From: a virus
Lineage: Duplodnaviria; Heunggongvirae; Uroviricota; Caudoviricetes
Length of the DNA stretch: 30,231 nucleotides
Reading direction: 5' to 3' (one strand)
Virus record (IMG/VR): IMGVR_UViG_2695420421_000005
Under the pieces are notes generated by a model. That model searched no databases, was not told the DNA's origin, and was given only the letters and a program-made list of their open reading frames with translations. Shown here piece after piece: positions 15,844 through 27,104 of this stretch (position 1 is its first letter; each line of letters starts with the position of its first letter). The position numbers and the translations under genes were made by a program.

Positions 15844-16920
15844 ATGTTCAAAACCACTAATATTCATGGCGCACAACTCGTTTGCGCAGATTCTCTGCAA
15901 TTTATCAAAACCATCCCTGATAACTCGGTCAATTTGATTGCAACAGACCCACCATACTTCGGCGTAAAGGCTAACGCATGGGATAACCAGTGGGATAGCG
16001 ATGCTGACTTTTTGGGGTGGATTGACGAATTTTTGGCAGAATTTTGGCGGATATTGGCCCCTAATGGCAGCCTGTATATGTTTACCGGCTCTCGCCTTGC
16101 GTCAAAAATTGAATTATTAACTCGCGACCGTTTCAATGTTCTGAACCATATTATTTGGGCTAAACCCAGTGGTATGTGGCGCGGTTGTCATAAAGAAAGT
16201 TTAAGGGCTTATTTTCCTGCTACTGAAAGAATATTATTTGCAGAGCATTACGGCGCGTCAGGTTATGCTAAAGGTCAGTCAGGTTATGCTTCAAAATGTG
16301 CAGATTTAAGAAAAAATATTTTTTCTCCACTAATTGATGCTTTTTCGCTGGCTCGCCGTCAGTTAGATATATCAGCCGCAGACATTAATTCAGCGACAGG
16401 AAAGCAGATGTGTTCACACTGGTTTTCTTATTCGCAGTGGCGGCTTCCATCATTAATTGATTTTAATAAACTATGCGAATTATTTCGCAGGAAGGCAGAT
16501 TCACTCGGTGTCCCGTGTCCATATCCTTTTAATGTTGATTATTCAGAACATGAAAAGCGTTATAGCGATCTGAAATTGCATTATGAGGAAGTAAAGAAGC
16601 AGTATGATGATTTGAAGGCTCAGTATGAAAATTTACGCCGTCCATTTCATGTTACTGCTGATGTACCTTATACCGATGTATGGGAGTTTCCTCCTGTGCA
16701 ATATTATCCTGGCAAGCACCCATGTGAAAAACCTGCAGCGATGATGGAACATATTATAAAGAGTAGTTCACGCCCCGGAGATATCGTTGCCGATTTCTTT
16801 ATGGGATCAGGCTCAACTATTAAAGCTGCGCTGAAGTTAGGACGTCAGGCAATAGGTATTGAGATTGAGGGCGAACGTTATCTTCAGACAGTTGATGAAG
16901 TGAAAAAGTTATTTGAGTAA
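15844..16920 (+). CDS. DNA methyltransferase, beta-class N6-adenine/N4-cytosine type (358 aa)
   Basis: N-terminal DPPY motif (LIATDPPYFGV) and C-terminal AdoMet-binding FFMGSGST in beta-class order; the ORF-track start at 15799 runs through the palindrome, the ATG at 15844 is more likely. Confidence 0.85.
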   Translation: MFKTTNIHGAQLVCADSLQFIKTIPDNSVNLIATDPPYFGVKANAWDNQWDSDADFLGWIDEFLAEFWRILAPNGSLYMFTGSRLASKIELLTRDRFNVLNHIIWAKPSGMWRGCHKESLRAYFPATERILFAEHYGASGYAKGQSGYASKCADLRKNIFSPLIDAFSLARRQLDISAADINSATGKQMCSHWFSYSQWRLPSLIDFNKLCELFRRKADSLGVPCPYPFNVDYSEHEKRYSDLKLHYEEVKKQYDDLKAQYENLRRPFHVTADVPYTDVWEFPPVQYYPGKHPCEKPAAMMEHIIKSSSRPGDIVADFFMGSGSTIKAALKLGRQAIGIEIEGERYLQTVDEVKKLFE

Positions 16921-16934
16921 CTGGAGAATATATT

Positions 16935-16963
16935 CCCCTGCCGTTTTTGGTAGGGGTTATTTT
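16935..16963 (+). terminator. Intrinsic terminator after the methyltransferase gene
   Basis: Stem CCCCTGCC/GGTAGGGG with loop GTTTTT followed by TTATTTT. Confidence 0.6.
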
Positions 16964-17015
16964 CGCCATATAGTTTCCAAGCCGAAACCTCAGCAACTAT
17001 TGCGAGGTAAGAGAT

Positions 17016-17288
17016 ATGAAGATGGATGAACGATACAGCAGTGCATCTTATGGTAGCGCTGGTCTTGCTGCGTTCTTTGCCAGCCTGTCATTGCAGGATT
17101 GGGGCTTCATTATCGGTGTCGCGTTCAGCATTATCCTCGGTGTGCTTACATACCGGCTCAATAAACGCGAGCAGATGAAGCGCACGAAGATATTGCAGGA
17201 CATATTGGATAAAACTAATACCAATAATCTTTCTGCTACAGCGATGGTTATTGGAGAGCTGGGGAAGAGAGCACCGAAGGAAATATGA
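17016..17288 (+). CDS. Holin with dual-start motif (MKM...), 90 aa
   Basis: Starts ATG-AAG-ATG as in lambda S; two hydrophobic segments; immediately upstream of and overlapping the endolysin gene. Confidence 0.7.
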   Translation: MKMDERYSSASYGSAGLAAFFASLSLQDWGFIIGVAFSIILGVLTYRLNKREQMKRTKILQDILDKTNTNNLSATAMVIGELGKRAPKEI

Positions 17289-17785
17289 TGCAGTCATCAT
17301 TACGCAAAGCTGTCACAGCTGCTATTGGTGGCGGGGCTATTGCCATAGCGTCTATGCTCATCACTGGCCCAAGTGGTAACGATGGTCTGGAAGGTGTCAG
17401 TTACATACCATACAAAGATATTGTTGGCGTATGGACTGTATGTTACGGACACACTGGAAAAGACATCATGCTAGGTAAAACGTATACCGAAGCAGAATGC
17501 AAAGCTCTCCTGAATAAAGACCTTGCCACTGTCGCCAGACAAATTAACCCGTACATCAAAGTCGATATACCGGAAACAACGCGCGGCGCTCTTTACTCGT
17601 TCGTTTACAACGTGGGCGCTGGTAATTTCAGAACATCGACGCTTCTTCGCAAAATAAACCAGGGCGATATCAAAGGCGCATGTGATCAGCTACGTCGCTG
17701 GATATCTGCTGGCGGTAAGCAATGGAAAGGCCTGATGACTCGTCGTGAGATTGAGCGTGAAGTCTGTTTGTGGGGTCAACAATGA
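17285..17785 (+). CDS. R: SAR endolysin (phage 21 R21-like lysozyme with N-terminal signal-arrest-release domain), 166 aa
   Basis: N-terminal weakly hydrophobic Gly/Ala-rich SAR segment [18 protein letters not shown] and close resemblance to phage 21 R as I recall it. Confidence 0.9.
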   Translation: MMQSSLRKAVTAAIGGGAIAIASMLITGPSGNDGLEGVSYIPYKDIVGVWTVCYGHTGKDIMLGKTYTEAECKALLNKDLATVARQINPYIKVDIPETTRGALYSFVYNVGAGNFRTSTLLRKINQGDIKGACDQLRRWISAGGKQWKGLMTRREIEREVCLWGQQ

Positions 17786-18219
17786 GCAGGGTAACCGCGA
17801 TTATCTCCGCTCTGGTTATTTGCATCATCGTCTGCCTGTCGTGGGCTGTTAATCATTACCGTGATAACGCCATCGCCTACAAAGAGCAGCGCGATAAAGC
17901 CACATCCACAATCGCTGATATGCAGAAGCGTCAACGTGACGTAGCAGAACTCGATGCCAGATATACAAAGGAGCTTGCTGATGCTAACGCGACTATCGAA
18001 AGCCTCCGTGCTGATGTTTCTGCTGGGCGTAAGCGCCTGCAAGTCGCCGCCACCTGTGCAAAGTCAACGACCGGAGCCAGCGGCATGGGCAATGGAGAAA
18101 GCCCAAGACTTACAGCAGATGCTGAACTCAATTATTACCGTCTCCGAAGTGGGATCGACAGGATAACTGCGCAGGTTAACTACTTGCAGGAATACATCAA
18201 GACGCAATGCCTGAATTAA
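17782..18219 (+). CDS. Rz: i-spanin Rz (145 aa)
   Basis: N-terminus [31 protein letters not shown] as in lambda Rz; ATGA overlap with the endolysin gene. Confidence 0.9.
   Translation: MSRVTAIISALVICIIVCLSWAVNHYRDNAIAYKEQRDKATSTIADMQKRQRDVAELDARYTKELADANATIESLRADVSAGRKRLQVAATCAKSTTGASGMGNGESPRLTADAELNYYRLRSGIDRITAQVNYLQEYIKTQCLN
17981..18166 (+). CDS. Rz1: o-spanin Rz1 lipoprotein embedded in Rz (+1 frame), ~61 aa
   Basis: Signal peptide with lipobox-like ...LLGVSAC, proline-rich mature region; AAGGAG 7 nt upstream of ATG 17981 (the ORF track also allows 17954). Confidence 0.75.
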   Translation: MLTRLSKASVLMFLLGVSACKSPPPVQSQRPEPAAWAMEKAQDLQQMLNSIITVSEVGSTG

Positions 18220-18260
18220 TCCCTCTGTATCAAAAACGAGCTCAATTTGTTGGATAGTGA

Positions 18261-18572
18261 ATGAAAATTTATATTGCCGGGCCAATGACGGGATATGAGA
18301 ACTTTAATCGTGACGCCTTTAATAAAGAGGCAGATCGTTTGTCACGACATGGTCACTCTGTCTTGAATCCAGCCACTTTGCCTAATGGTCTGACACAACG
18401 TGAATACATGGATATTTGCTTTGCAATGCTTCGTTGTGCTGATGCTATTTTGATGCTTCCTGGCTGGAAAGCGTCTGCTGGAGCAACTGCTGAGTATCAT
18501 TACGCATACAAGATGGAGATGCCGGTATTCACTACGCTGAATTACCCGCCAGCTTGTTCCTCTGTAGCATAA
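18261..18572 (+). CDS. DUF4406-like protein (nucleoside 2-deoxyribosyltransferase-like fold), 103 aa
   Basis: N-terminus MKIYIAGPMTGYENFNRDAF typical of DUF4406 proteins found near phage lysis genes. Confidence 0.65.
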   Translation: MKIYIAGPMTGYENFNRDAFNKEADRLSRHGHSVLNPATLPNGLTQREYMDICFAMLRCADAILMLPGWKASAGATAEYHYAYKMEMPVFTTLNYPPACSSVA

Positions 18573-18592
18573 AAATCTCTTTGTTTCTCGTT

Positions 18593-18608
18593 TGCGACCG
18601 TGGTCGCA
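18593..18608. repeat. sopC-like inverted repeat TGCGACC-GT-GGTCGCA (copy 4)
   Basis: Same motif, immediately left of direct repeat A. Confidence 0.5.
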
Positions 18609-18619
18609 CATTAAATACC

Positions 18620-18795
18620 GCGCTGCATCGTCGCCGTATTTCCGCATTAACCATGACCGTAGCCCGACGGGGAACTCCTCTGCGCGAGTGTGCGGAAATA
18701 ATCAAAAACGATGCACACCGGGTTTTTACCGCGCTAATGATTCGCGGGTTTGTCCCTCATGCTCGCCAGTCCTGTGCGAGGGTGGAAGAAACAGG
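18620..18795 (+). repeat. Direct repeat A (~176 bp), ~90% identical to repeat B at 20405-20581
   Basis: Aligned by eye: long identical blocks (GAGTGTGCGG.AATAATCAAAAACGATGCACACCGGGTTTTTACCGCG; CCCTCATGCTCGCCAGTCCTGTGCGAGGGTGGAAGAAAC) with a short variable segment near the 5' end. Confidence 0.75.
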
Positions 18796-18812
18796 GCATG
18801 TATTCAGGAGCG

Positions 18813-18828
18813 TGCGACCGTGGTCGCA
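18813..18828. repeat. sopC-like inverted repeat TGCGACC-GT-GGTCGCA (copy 5)
   Basis: Same motif, immediately right of direct repeat A and 25 bp upstream of the gene X start. Confidence 0.5.
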
Positions 18829-18852
18829 CGGTATCTTTGTCAGGAGGTTTTG

Positions 18853-19713
18853 ATGAAAGAGTTGCAAAAAATTAATTCAATAATGGAAAGGTTAAGTGCT
18901 CTTGAGCGTAAGCTGGACGATTGTGGAAAGCTGTGTGTTGAAAAGCAAAATGAGCTTTACCGGGAATTTTTTACAATCGTAAGTGAGCTGATGCCAATTG
19001 TTAATAACTGCCTGATGACATCCAGATTTTTTAATGTCGATGCTACTACATCCAGAAAATTTTCTGTGAAAATTCAAGAAAGAGTTTCTGGTAGTGTGAC
19101 AAGAGAGATGGCTGAACAGTTGGTGGCAATGAGCAATAAAACAAAAAGAAAAAAGGCATTGCTTGTAACAGCAAATCAGCTTTCAGGGCGCGTTGACTTT
19201 CAGGTCAGACAGGGTGGGCGTGTACTGGTAAATGATGCGTTCGTTGGACGTAGCTTTAGTCCTTACTCGATGAAATATGATGTTGATGCAGATGATCAGG
19301 ATATCAGCATTTCCTGGAAATCTGAGACAGCAGGGATTGTATTAACAGCAGAGTTGTTGAATGATGATAAAAATGATGTCCAGCATCATTTGGACGAAAA
19401 GAATCATATTTCTGAAATTTGTATGAAGCCACGCAGCGGAATGACTTTATTGTCACGCACTCTTGCTGCTGGCTTTTCTGCACCGGAAAAACGTGTGCTT
19501 CTGGTAGTGCCTGAAGATGCAGATATTCGACCACTGAATGGCTGTGATGTTATTAGTGCAAAAACATTGCATACCCGCGTCATTCCTGTACCGGATGTGG
19601 TCATTATTGATGATGTTGAGAAATGCAAGTCTGTTTCCTCAACTGCCACAATCAAGCGAATTTTACGTTGTAGCACGTCGGCTGTTGTATTCCGGAAGCA
19701 GTTACATAACTAA
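18853..19713 (+). CDS. Hypothetical protein X (286 aa), AT-rich gene of unknown function
   Basis: AGGAGG 6 nt upstream of ATG 18853; the ORF-track N-terminal extension from 18592 runs through the repeat and palindromes and is rejected; no motif recognised. Confidence 0.75.
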   Translation: MKELQKINSIMERLSALERKLDDCGKLCVEKQNELYREFFTIVSELMPIVNNCLMTSRFFNVDATTSRKFSVKIQERVSGSVTREMAEQLVAMSNKTKRKKALLVTANQLSGRVDFQVRQGGRVLVNDAFVGRSFSPYSMKYDVDADDQDISISWKSETAGIVLTAELLNDDKNDVQHHLDEKNHISEICMKPRSGMTLLSRTLAAGFSAPEKRVLLVVPEDADIRPLNGCDVISAKTLHTRVIPVPDVVIIDDVEKCKSVSSTATIKRILRCSTSAVVFRKQLHN

Positions 19714-19838
19714 CCAGTTTTGTTTTGCAGAACATCCTCAACTAAAAGCTTATAGAAAGAGAGCCTGAGATATTTTTTCTGTCTCTCGTAGTTGTTTGTT
19801 TTTTTTTCGAACAGACTTACAACTTACAGGATATAAAC

Positions 19839-20288
19839 ATGCAAGAAGAAGCAAATAAAATTCTTGTTGATTTATTGAAGAAGGCCAGCGATGGAATTGA
19901 TTCCGCCATTGTATTCAGTCAGGCTCAAATTCCGGATGTTGTTCATCAGTTGCTGGTATGGAATATGGTTGATAGCCTGATTAAAACATTAATAGCCATT
20001 TCAACAATTCCGCTGGTTATTTGGTTTATGAAGAAACAGTGCAAAAAAGTTGAAATTGGTAAGTTCGATAATGAAGGACGCTCATGCGATAATGGACAGC
20101 CTAAATACAAACCAACTATGCTTTGGGAAAGTGACGGTAGGTTAAGTGGTTTTGTCTTACCATTAGTAGCAGTTTTTATTCTATGGTTCAGTTTTATTAT
20201 TTCTGTAGTAGCCAATATGACATGGTTAAAAATTTGGCTGGCACCTAAGTTATATCTAATCGAATACGCAGCATCACTAATTAAATAG
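19839..20288 (+). CDS. Hypothetical two-TM membrane protein Y (149 aa)
   Basis: Two hydrophobic helices (LIKTLIAISTIPLVIWFM; GFVLPLVAVFILWFSFIISVV); AT-rich; preceded by a hairpin plus T9 run after gene X. Confidence 0.7.
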   Translation: MQEEANKILVDLLKKASDGIDSAIVFSQAQIPDVVHQLLVWNMVDSLIKTLIAISTIPLVIWFMKKQCKKVEIGKFDNEGRSCDNGQPKYKPTMLWESDGRLSGFVLPLVAVFILWFSFIISVVANMTWLKIWLAPKLYLIEYAASLIK

Positions 20289-20345
20289 TCCATTACAAAA
20301 GCCATTCGCTACTGAGTGGCTTTGATAATGGCTTATACCCTACAC

Positions 20346-20372
20346 GGGATAACTTAACTGATATCCCTTTTA
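20346..20372 (+). terminator. Possible terminator after gene Y
   Basis: GGGATA-N10-TATCCC hairpin followed by TTTT. Confidence 0.4.
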
Positions 20373-20404
20373 ACGGATAAAGGTATTCAAGCCTGACACA
20401 TCAT

Positions 20405-20581
20405 GCGCTGTATCGTCGCCGTATTCCCGTCTTAACAGAGACCGTAGCCCGACGGGGAACTCTTTCTGCGCGAGTGTGCGGGAATAATCAAAAACGATGC
20501 ACACCGGGTTTTTACCGCGTTTATGGTTCGCGGGTTTGCCCCTCATGCTCGCCAGTCCTGTGCGAGGGTGGAAGAAACCGG
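20405..20581 (+). repeat. Direct repeat B (~177 bp), partner of repeat A
   Basis: See repeat A; lies between gene Y and the cos site. Confidence 0.75.
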
Positions 20582-20639
20582 ATATTAATGCAAGTGATAA
20601 ACATTCTCATTTTCTCGGGTCCTTTCCGGCGATCTGACA

Positions 20640-20835
20640 GGCTACGGGGCGGAAGGCGCGCGGGTTTTCGCTATTTATGAAAATTTTCCGGTTTAAGGCG
20701 TTTCCGTTCTTCTTCTCCGTAACTTCATGTTTTTATTTAAAACACCCACTGAAAAGAAAGGAAACGACAGATGCTGAAAACGGGCTTTTTGGCCTTTGTC
20801 GTTTCCTTTCTCTGTTTTTGTCCGTGGAATGAACA
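20640..20835. other. Lambda-type cos site (cosN with flanking cosQ/cosB-like sequence) upstream of Nu1
   Basis: ...CTACG|GGGCGGAAGGCG|CGCGGGTTTTCGCTATTTATGAAAATTTTCCGGTTTAAGGCGTTTCCGTTCTTCTTC... matches my recollection of the lambda genome ends except 6 nt inside the 12-nt cohesive-end position (20647-20658). Confidence 0.8.
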
Positions 20836-21355
20836 ATGGAAGTCAACAAAAAGCAGCTGGCTGATATTTTCGGTGCGAGTATCCGTACCATTCAGAACTG
20901 GCAGGAGCAGGGAATGCCCGTTTTGCGAGGCGGTGGCAAGGGTAATGAGGTGCTTTATGATTCTGCCGCCGTCATAAAATGGTATGCCGAAAGGGATGCT
21001 GAAATTGAGAACGAAAAGCTGCGCCGGGAGGTTGAAGAACTGCGGCTGGCCAGCGAGGCAGATCTTCACCCCGGAACACTTGAATTTGAGCGCCATCGCC
21101 TGACTCGTGCTCAGGCGACGGCGCAGGAACTGAAAAATGCCAAAGAATCGGCTGAAGTGGTGGAAACCGCATTCTGTACTTTCGTGCTGTCGCGTATAGC
21201 AAGGGAAATATCCAGTATTCTCGACGGTATTCCTCTGTCGGTGCAGCGACGTTTTCCTGAGCTGGATAACCGGCATATTGATTTCCTGAAACGGGATATC
21301 ATCAAAGCCATGAACAAAGCAGCCGCGCTGGATGAACTGATACCGGGGTTGCTGA

Positions 21356-21381
<26 letters not shown>
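20836..21381 (+). CDS. nu1: Terminase small subunit Nu1 (lambda-like), 181 aa
   Basis: Near-identical to lambda Nu1 (MEVNKKQLADIFGASIRTIQNWQEQGMPVLRGGGKGNEVLYDSAAVIKWYAERDAEIENEKLRREVEELR...). Confidence 0.95.
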
Positions 21382-25062
<3,681 letters not shown>

Positions 25063-25082
<20 letters not shown>

Positions 25083-25584
25083 TCTCCCGCATATTGCCAG
25101 CATGGCTTTTAATGAGCCGCTGATGCTTGAACCCGCCTATGCGCGGGTTTTCTTTTGTGCGCTTGCAGGCCAGCTTGGGATCAGCCGCCTGACGGATGCA
25201 GTATCCGGCGACAGCCTGACTGCCGGAGAGGCACCCGCGGCGCTGGCGTTATCCGGTGATGATGACGGACCACGACAGGCCCGCAGTTATCAGGTCATGA
25301 ACGGCATCGCCGTGCTGCCGGTGTCCGGTACGCTGGTCAGTCGGACGCGGGCGCTGCAGCCGTATTCGGGAATGACTGGTTACAACGGCATTATCGCCCG
25401 TCTGCAACAGGCTGCCAGTGACCCGATGGTGGACGGCATTCTGCTCGATATGGATACGCCAGGCGGAATGGTGGCGGGGGCATTTGACTGCGCTGACATC
25501 ATCGCCCGTGTGCGTGACATAAAGCCGGTATGGGCGCTGGCAGTCGCTGGACATATGCTGGCGGTAAGCAATGGAAAGGGCTGA
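25063..25584 (+). pseudogene. C: Truncated head protease/scaffold gene C (lambda-like): first ~160 codons then an unrelated 13-codon tail and stop
   Basis: GTG start and MTAELRNLPHIASMAFNEPLMLEPAYARVFFCALAGQLGIS... match lambda gpC up to ...[11 protein letters not shown]; sequence then switches to the 3' end of an endolysin gene. Confidence 0.85.
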
Positions 25585-25634
25585 TGACCCGTCGTGAGAT
25601 TGAGCGTGAAGTCTGTTTGTGGGGGCAGCAATGA
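25543..25634 (+). pseudogene. 3' remnant of a SAR-endolysin gene (last ~29 codons: ...[29 protein letters not shown])
   Basis: ~93% identical at DNA level to the 3' end of the intact endolysin gene at 17696-17785; no upstream part of the gene present. Confidence 0.8.
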
Positions 25635-26095
25635 GCAGAGTCACCGCGATTATCTCCGCTCTGGTTATCTGCATCATCGTCTGCCTGTCATGGGCTGTTA
25701 ATCATTACCGTGATAACGCCATTACCTACAAAGAGCAGCGCGACAAAAACGCAAGAGAACTGAAGCTGGCGAACGCAACCATTACTGACATGCAGCAGAG
25801 ACAGCGTGATGTTAATGCACTCGATGCTAAATACACGAAGGAGTTAGCTGATGCGAAAGCTGAAAATGAAACTCTGCGCGCTGATGTTGCCGCTGGTCGT
25901 CGTCGGTTGCACATCAAAGCAGTCTGTCAGTCAGTGCGTGAAGCCACCACCGCCTCCGGCGTGGATAATGCAACCAGCCCCCGACTGGCAGACACCGCTG
26001 AACGGGATTATTTCACCCTCAGAGAGCGGCTGATGACGATGCAGATGCAACTGGAAGGGGCACAGGAGTATATCCGCACTCAGTGCATTAAGTAG
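25631..26095 (+). CDS. Rz: i-spanin Rz (second copy, closer to lambda Rz), 154 aa
   Basis: [49 protein letters not shown]... resembles lambda Rz. Confidence 0.9.
25851..26033 (+). CDS. Rz1: o-spanin Rz1 (second copy), 60 aa
   Basis: [20 protein letters not shown] lipoprotein signal and PPPPP region as in lambda Rz1; embedded in Rz in the +1 frame. Confidence 0.85.
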   Translation: MRKLKMKLCALMLPLVVVGCTSKQSVSQCVKPPPPPAWIMQPAPDWQTPLNGIISPSESG

Positions 26096-26137
26096 CCTTT
26101 TTATCGTGGTAAACATTTCGCAGGGTATGAGGTATTT

Positions 26138-26488
26138 ATGCCATCACTAATCCCACGTGCCTGCCGTAAGCGTGGATGTGCAGGTACAACCACAGACAGT
26201 TCGGGTTACTGCGATAAACATCGCGGTGAAGGCTGGGTGCAGCACCAGCGCGGACTGAGCCGCCACCAGCGTGGCTATGGCTCAAAATGGACGGTGATTC
26301 GTGCCCGTATTCTGAAGCGCGATAAAGGTCTGTGTCAGTTGTGTCTGCGTGTCGGTGTGGTGAGCGAGGCGAAAACCGTCGACCACATCATCCCGAAAGC
26401 GCATGGCGGAACAGACGCAGACAGCAACCTGCAGAGTCTGTGCTGGCCCTGCCATAAAGCGAAAACAGCGCGCGAACGAATCCGGTGA
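26138..26488 (+). CDS. HNH endonuclease (phage packaging-associated), 116 aa
   Basis: HNH motif DHIIPKAHGGTDADSNLQSLCWPCHKAKT; located immediately upstream of terS. Confidence 0.85.
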   Translation: MPSLIPRACRKRGCAGTTTDSSGYCDKHRGEGWVQHQRGLSRHQRGYGSKWTVIRARILKRDKGLCQLCLRVGVVSEAKTVDHIIPKAHGGTDADSNLQSLCWPCHKAKTARERIR

Positions 26489-26506
26489 TAATTATTCTCA
26501 CTTGTA

Positions 26507-26570
26507 GGGAGGGGCGGGGCAAATCCCTGTGACCTGACGTCTTCCGGACTGCCCGCCCCATCGTTTTTTT
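26507..26570 (+). terminator. GC-rich imperfect hairpin plus T7 between the HNH and terS genes (terminator and/or part of the cos region of the HK97-like module)
   Basis: GGGGCGGGGC (26511-26520) pairs with GCCCGCCCC (26551-26559), followed by TTTTTTT at 26564-26570. Confidence 0.4.
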
Positions 26571-26609
26571 ATACCCGCGAAAAATGAAATTTAACCAGGA
26601 GTGCCGCAT

Positions 26610-27104
26610 ATGGCTGGAACGGCGGGGCGTTCCGGGCGTCGCCCCAAGCCAACGGCGCGCAAGGCGCTGGCCGGAAACCCCGGCAAGCGAGCCCTGAACA
26701 AAGATGAACCTGTTTTTACGCCCATCAAAGGTGTTGAGCCACCAGAGTGGTTCGCTGAAGAAGATCTCCCTCTCGCCACGATCATGTGGCAACTGACAAC
26801 CAAAGAACTCTGCGGTCAGGGCCTGCTGTGCGTGACTGACCTGGCGGTACTTGAGCGGTGGTGCGTGGCCTATGAGTTCTGGCGACGTGCCGTGAAAAAT
26901 ATTGCCATACAGGGCAACACCATCACCGGTGCAATGGGCGGCAGGGTCAAAAATCCGGAGCTGACCGCCAAAAAAGAACAGGAGTCCGAGATGAGCAGCA
27001 CGGGGGCAATGCTCGGACTCGACCCCAGCAGCCGCCAGCGTCTGATTGGCCTGGCGGGGCAGAAGAAAGCCACTAACCCGTTTCTGAAAATTATCGAATC
27101 ATGA
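26610..27104 (+). CDS. Terminase small subunit (P27/HK97 family), 164 aa from ATG 26610
   Basis: N-terminus [30 protein letters not shown] typical of P27-family small terminases; AGGAG 8 nt upstream. Confidence 0.85.
   Translation: MAGTAGRSGRRPKPTARKALAGNPGKRALNKDEPVFTPIKGVEPPEWFAEEDLPLATIMWQLTTKELCGQGLLCVTDLAVLERWCVAYEFWRRAVKNIAIQGNTITGAMGGRVKNPELTAKKEQESEMSSTGAMLGLDPSSRQRLIGLAGQKKATNPFLKIIES

Noticed and set aside
18592-18852. N-terminal extension of the 373-aa ORF (start at 18592) and the 18554-18853 ORF
   Set aside because: The extension runs through direct repeat A and two sopC-like palindromes and has no RBS; a strong AGGAGG precedes the ATG at 18853, which is taken as the true start.
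18620-20581. Possibility that the repeated elements are a CRISPR array or an IS element
   Set aside because: Only two copies, ~176 bp each, separated by 1.6 kb of coding sequence; no short regular repeat-spacer structure, no transposase and no terminal inverted repeats.
20474-20680. 68-aa ORF spanning repeat B and the cos site
   Set aside because: It is a translation of the repeated noncoding element and crosses cosN; the same peptide appears only because repeat A is nearly identical.
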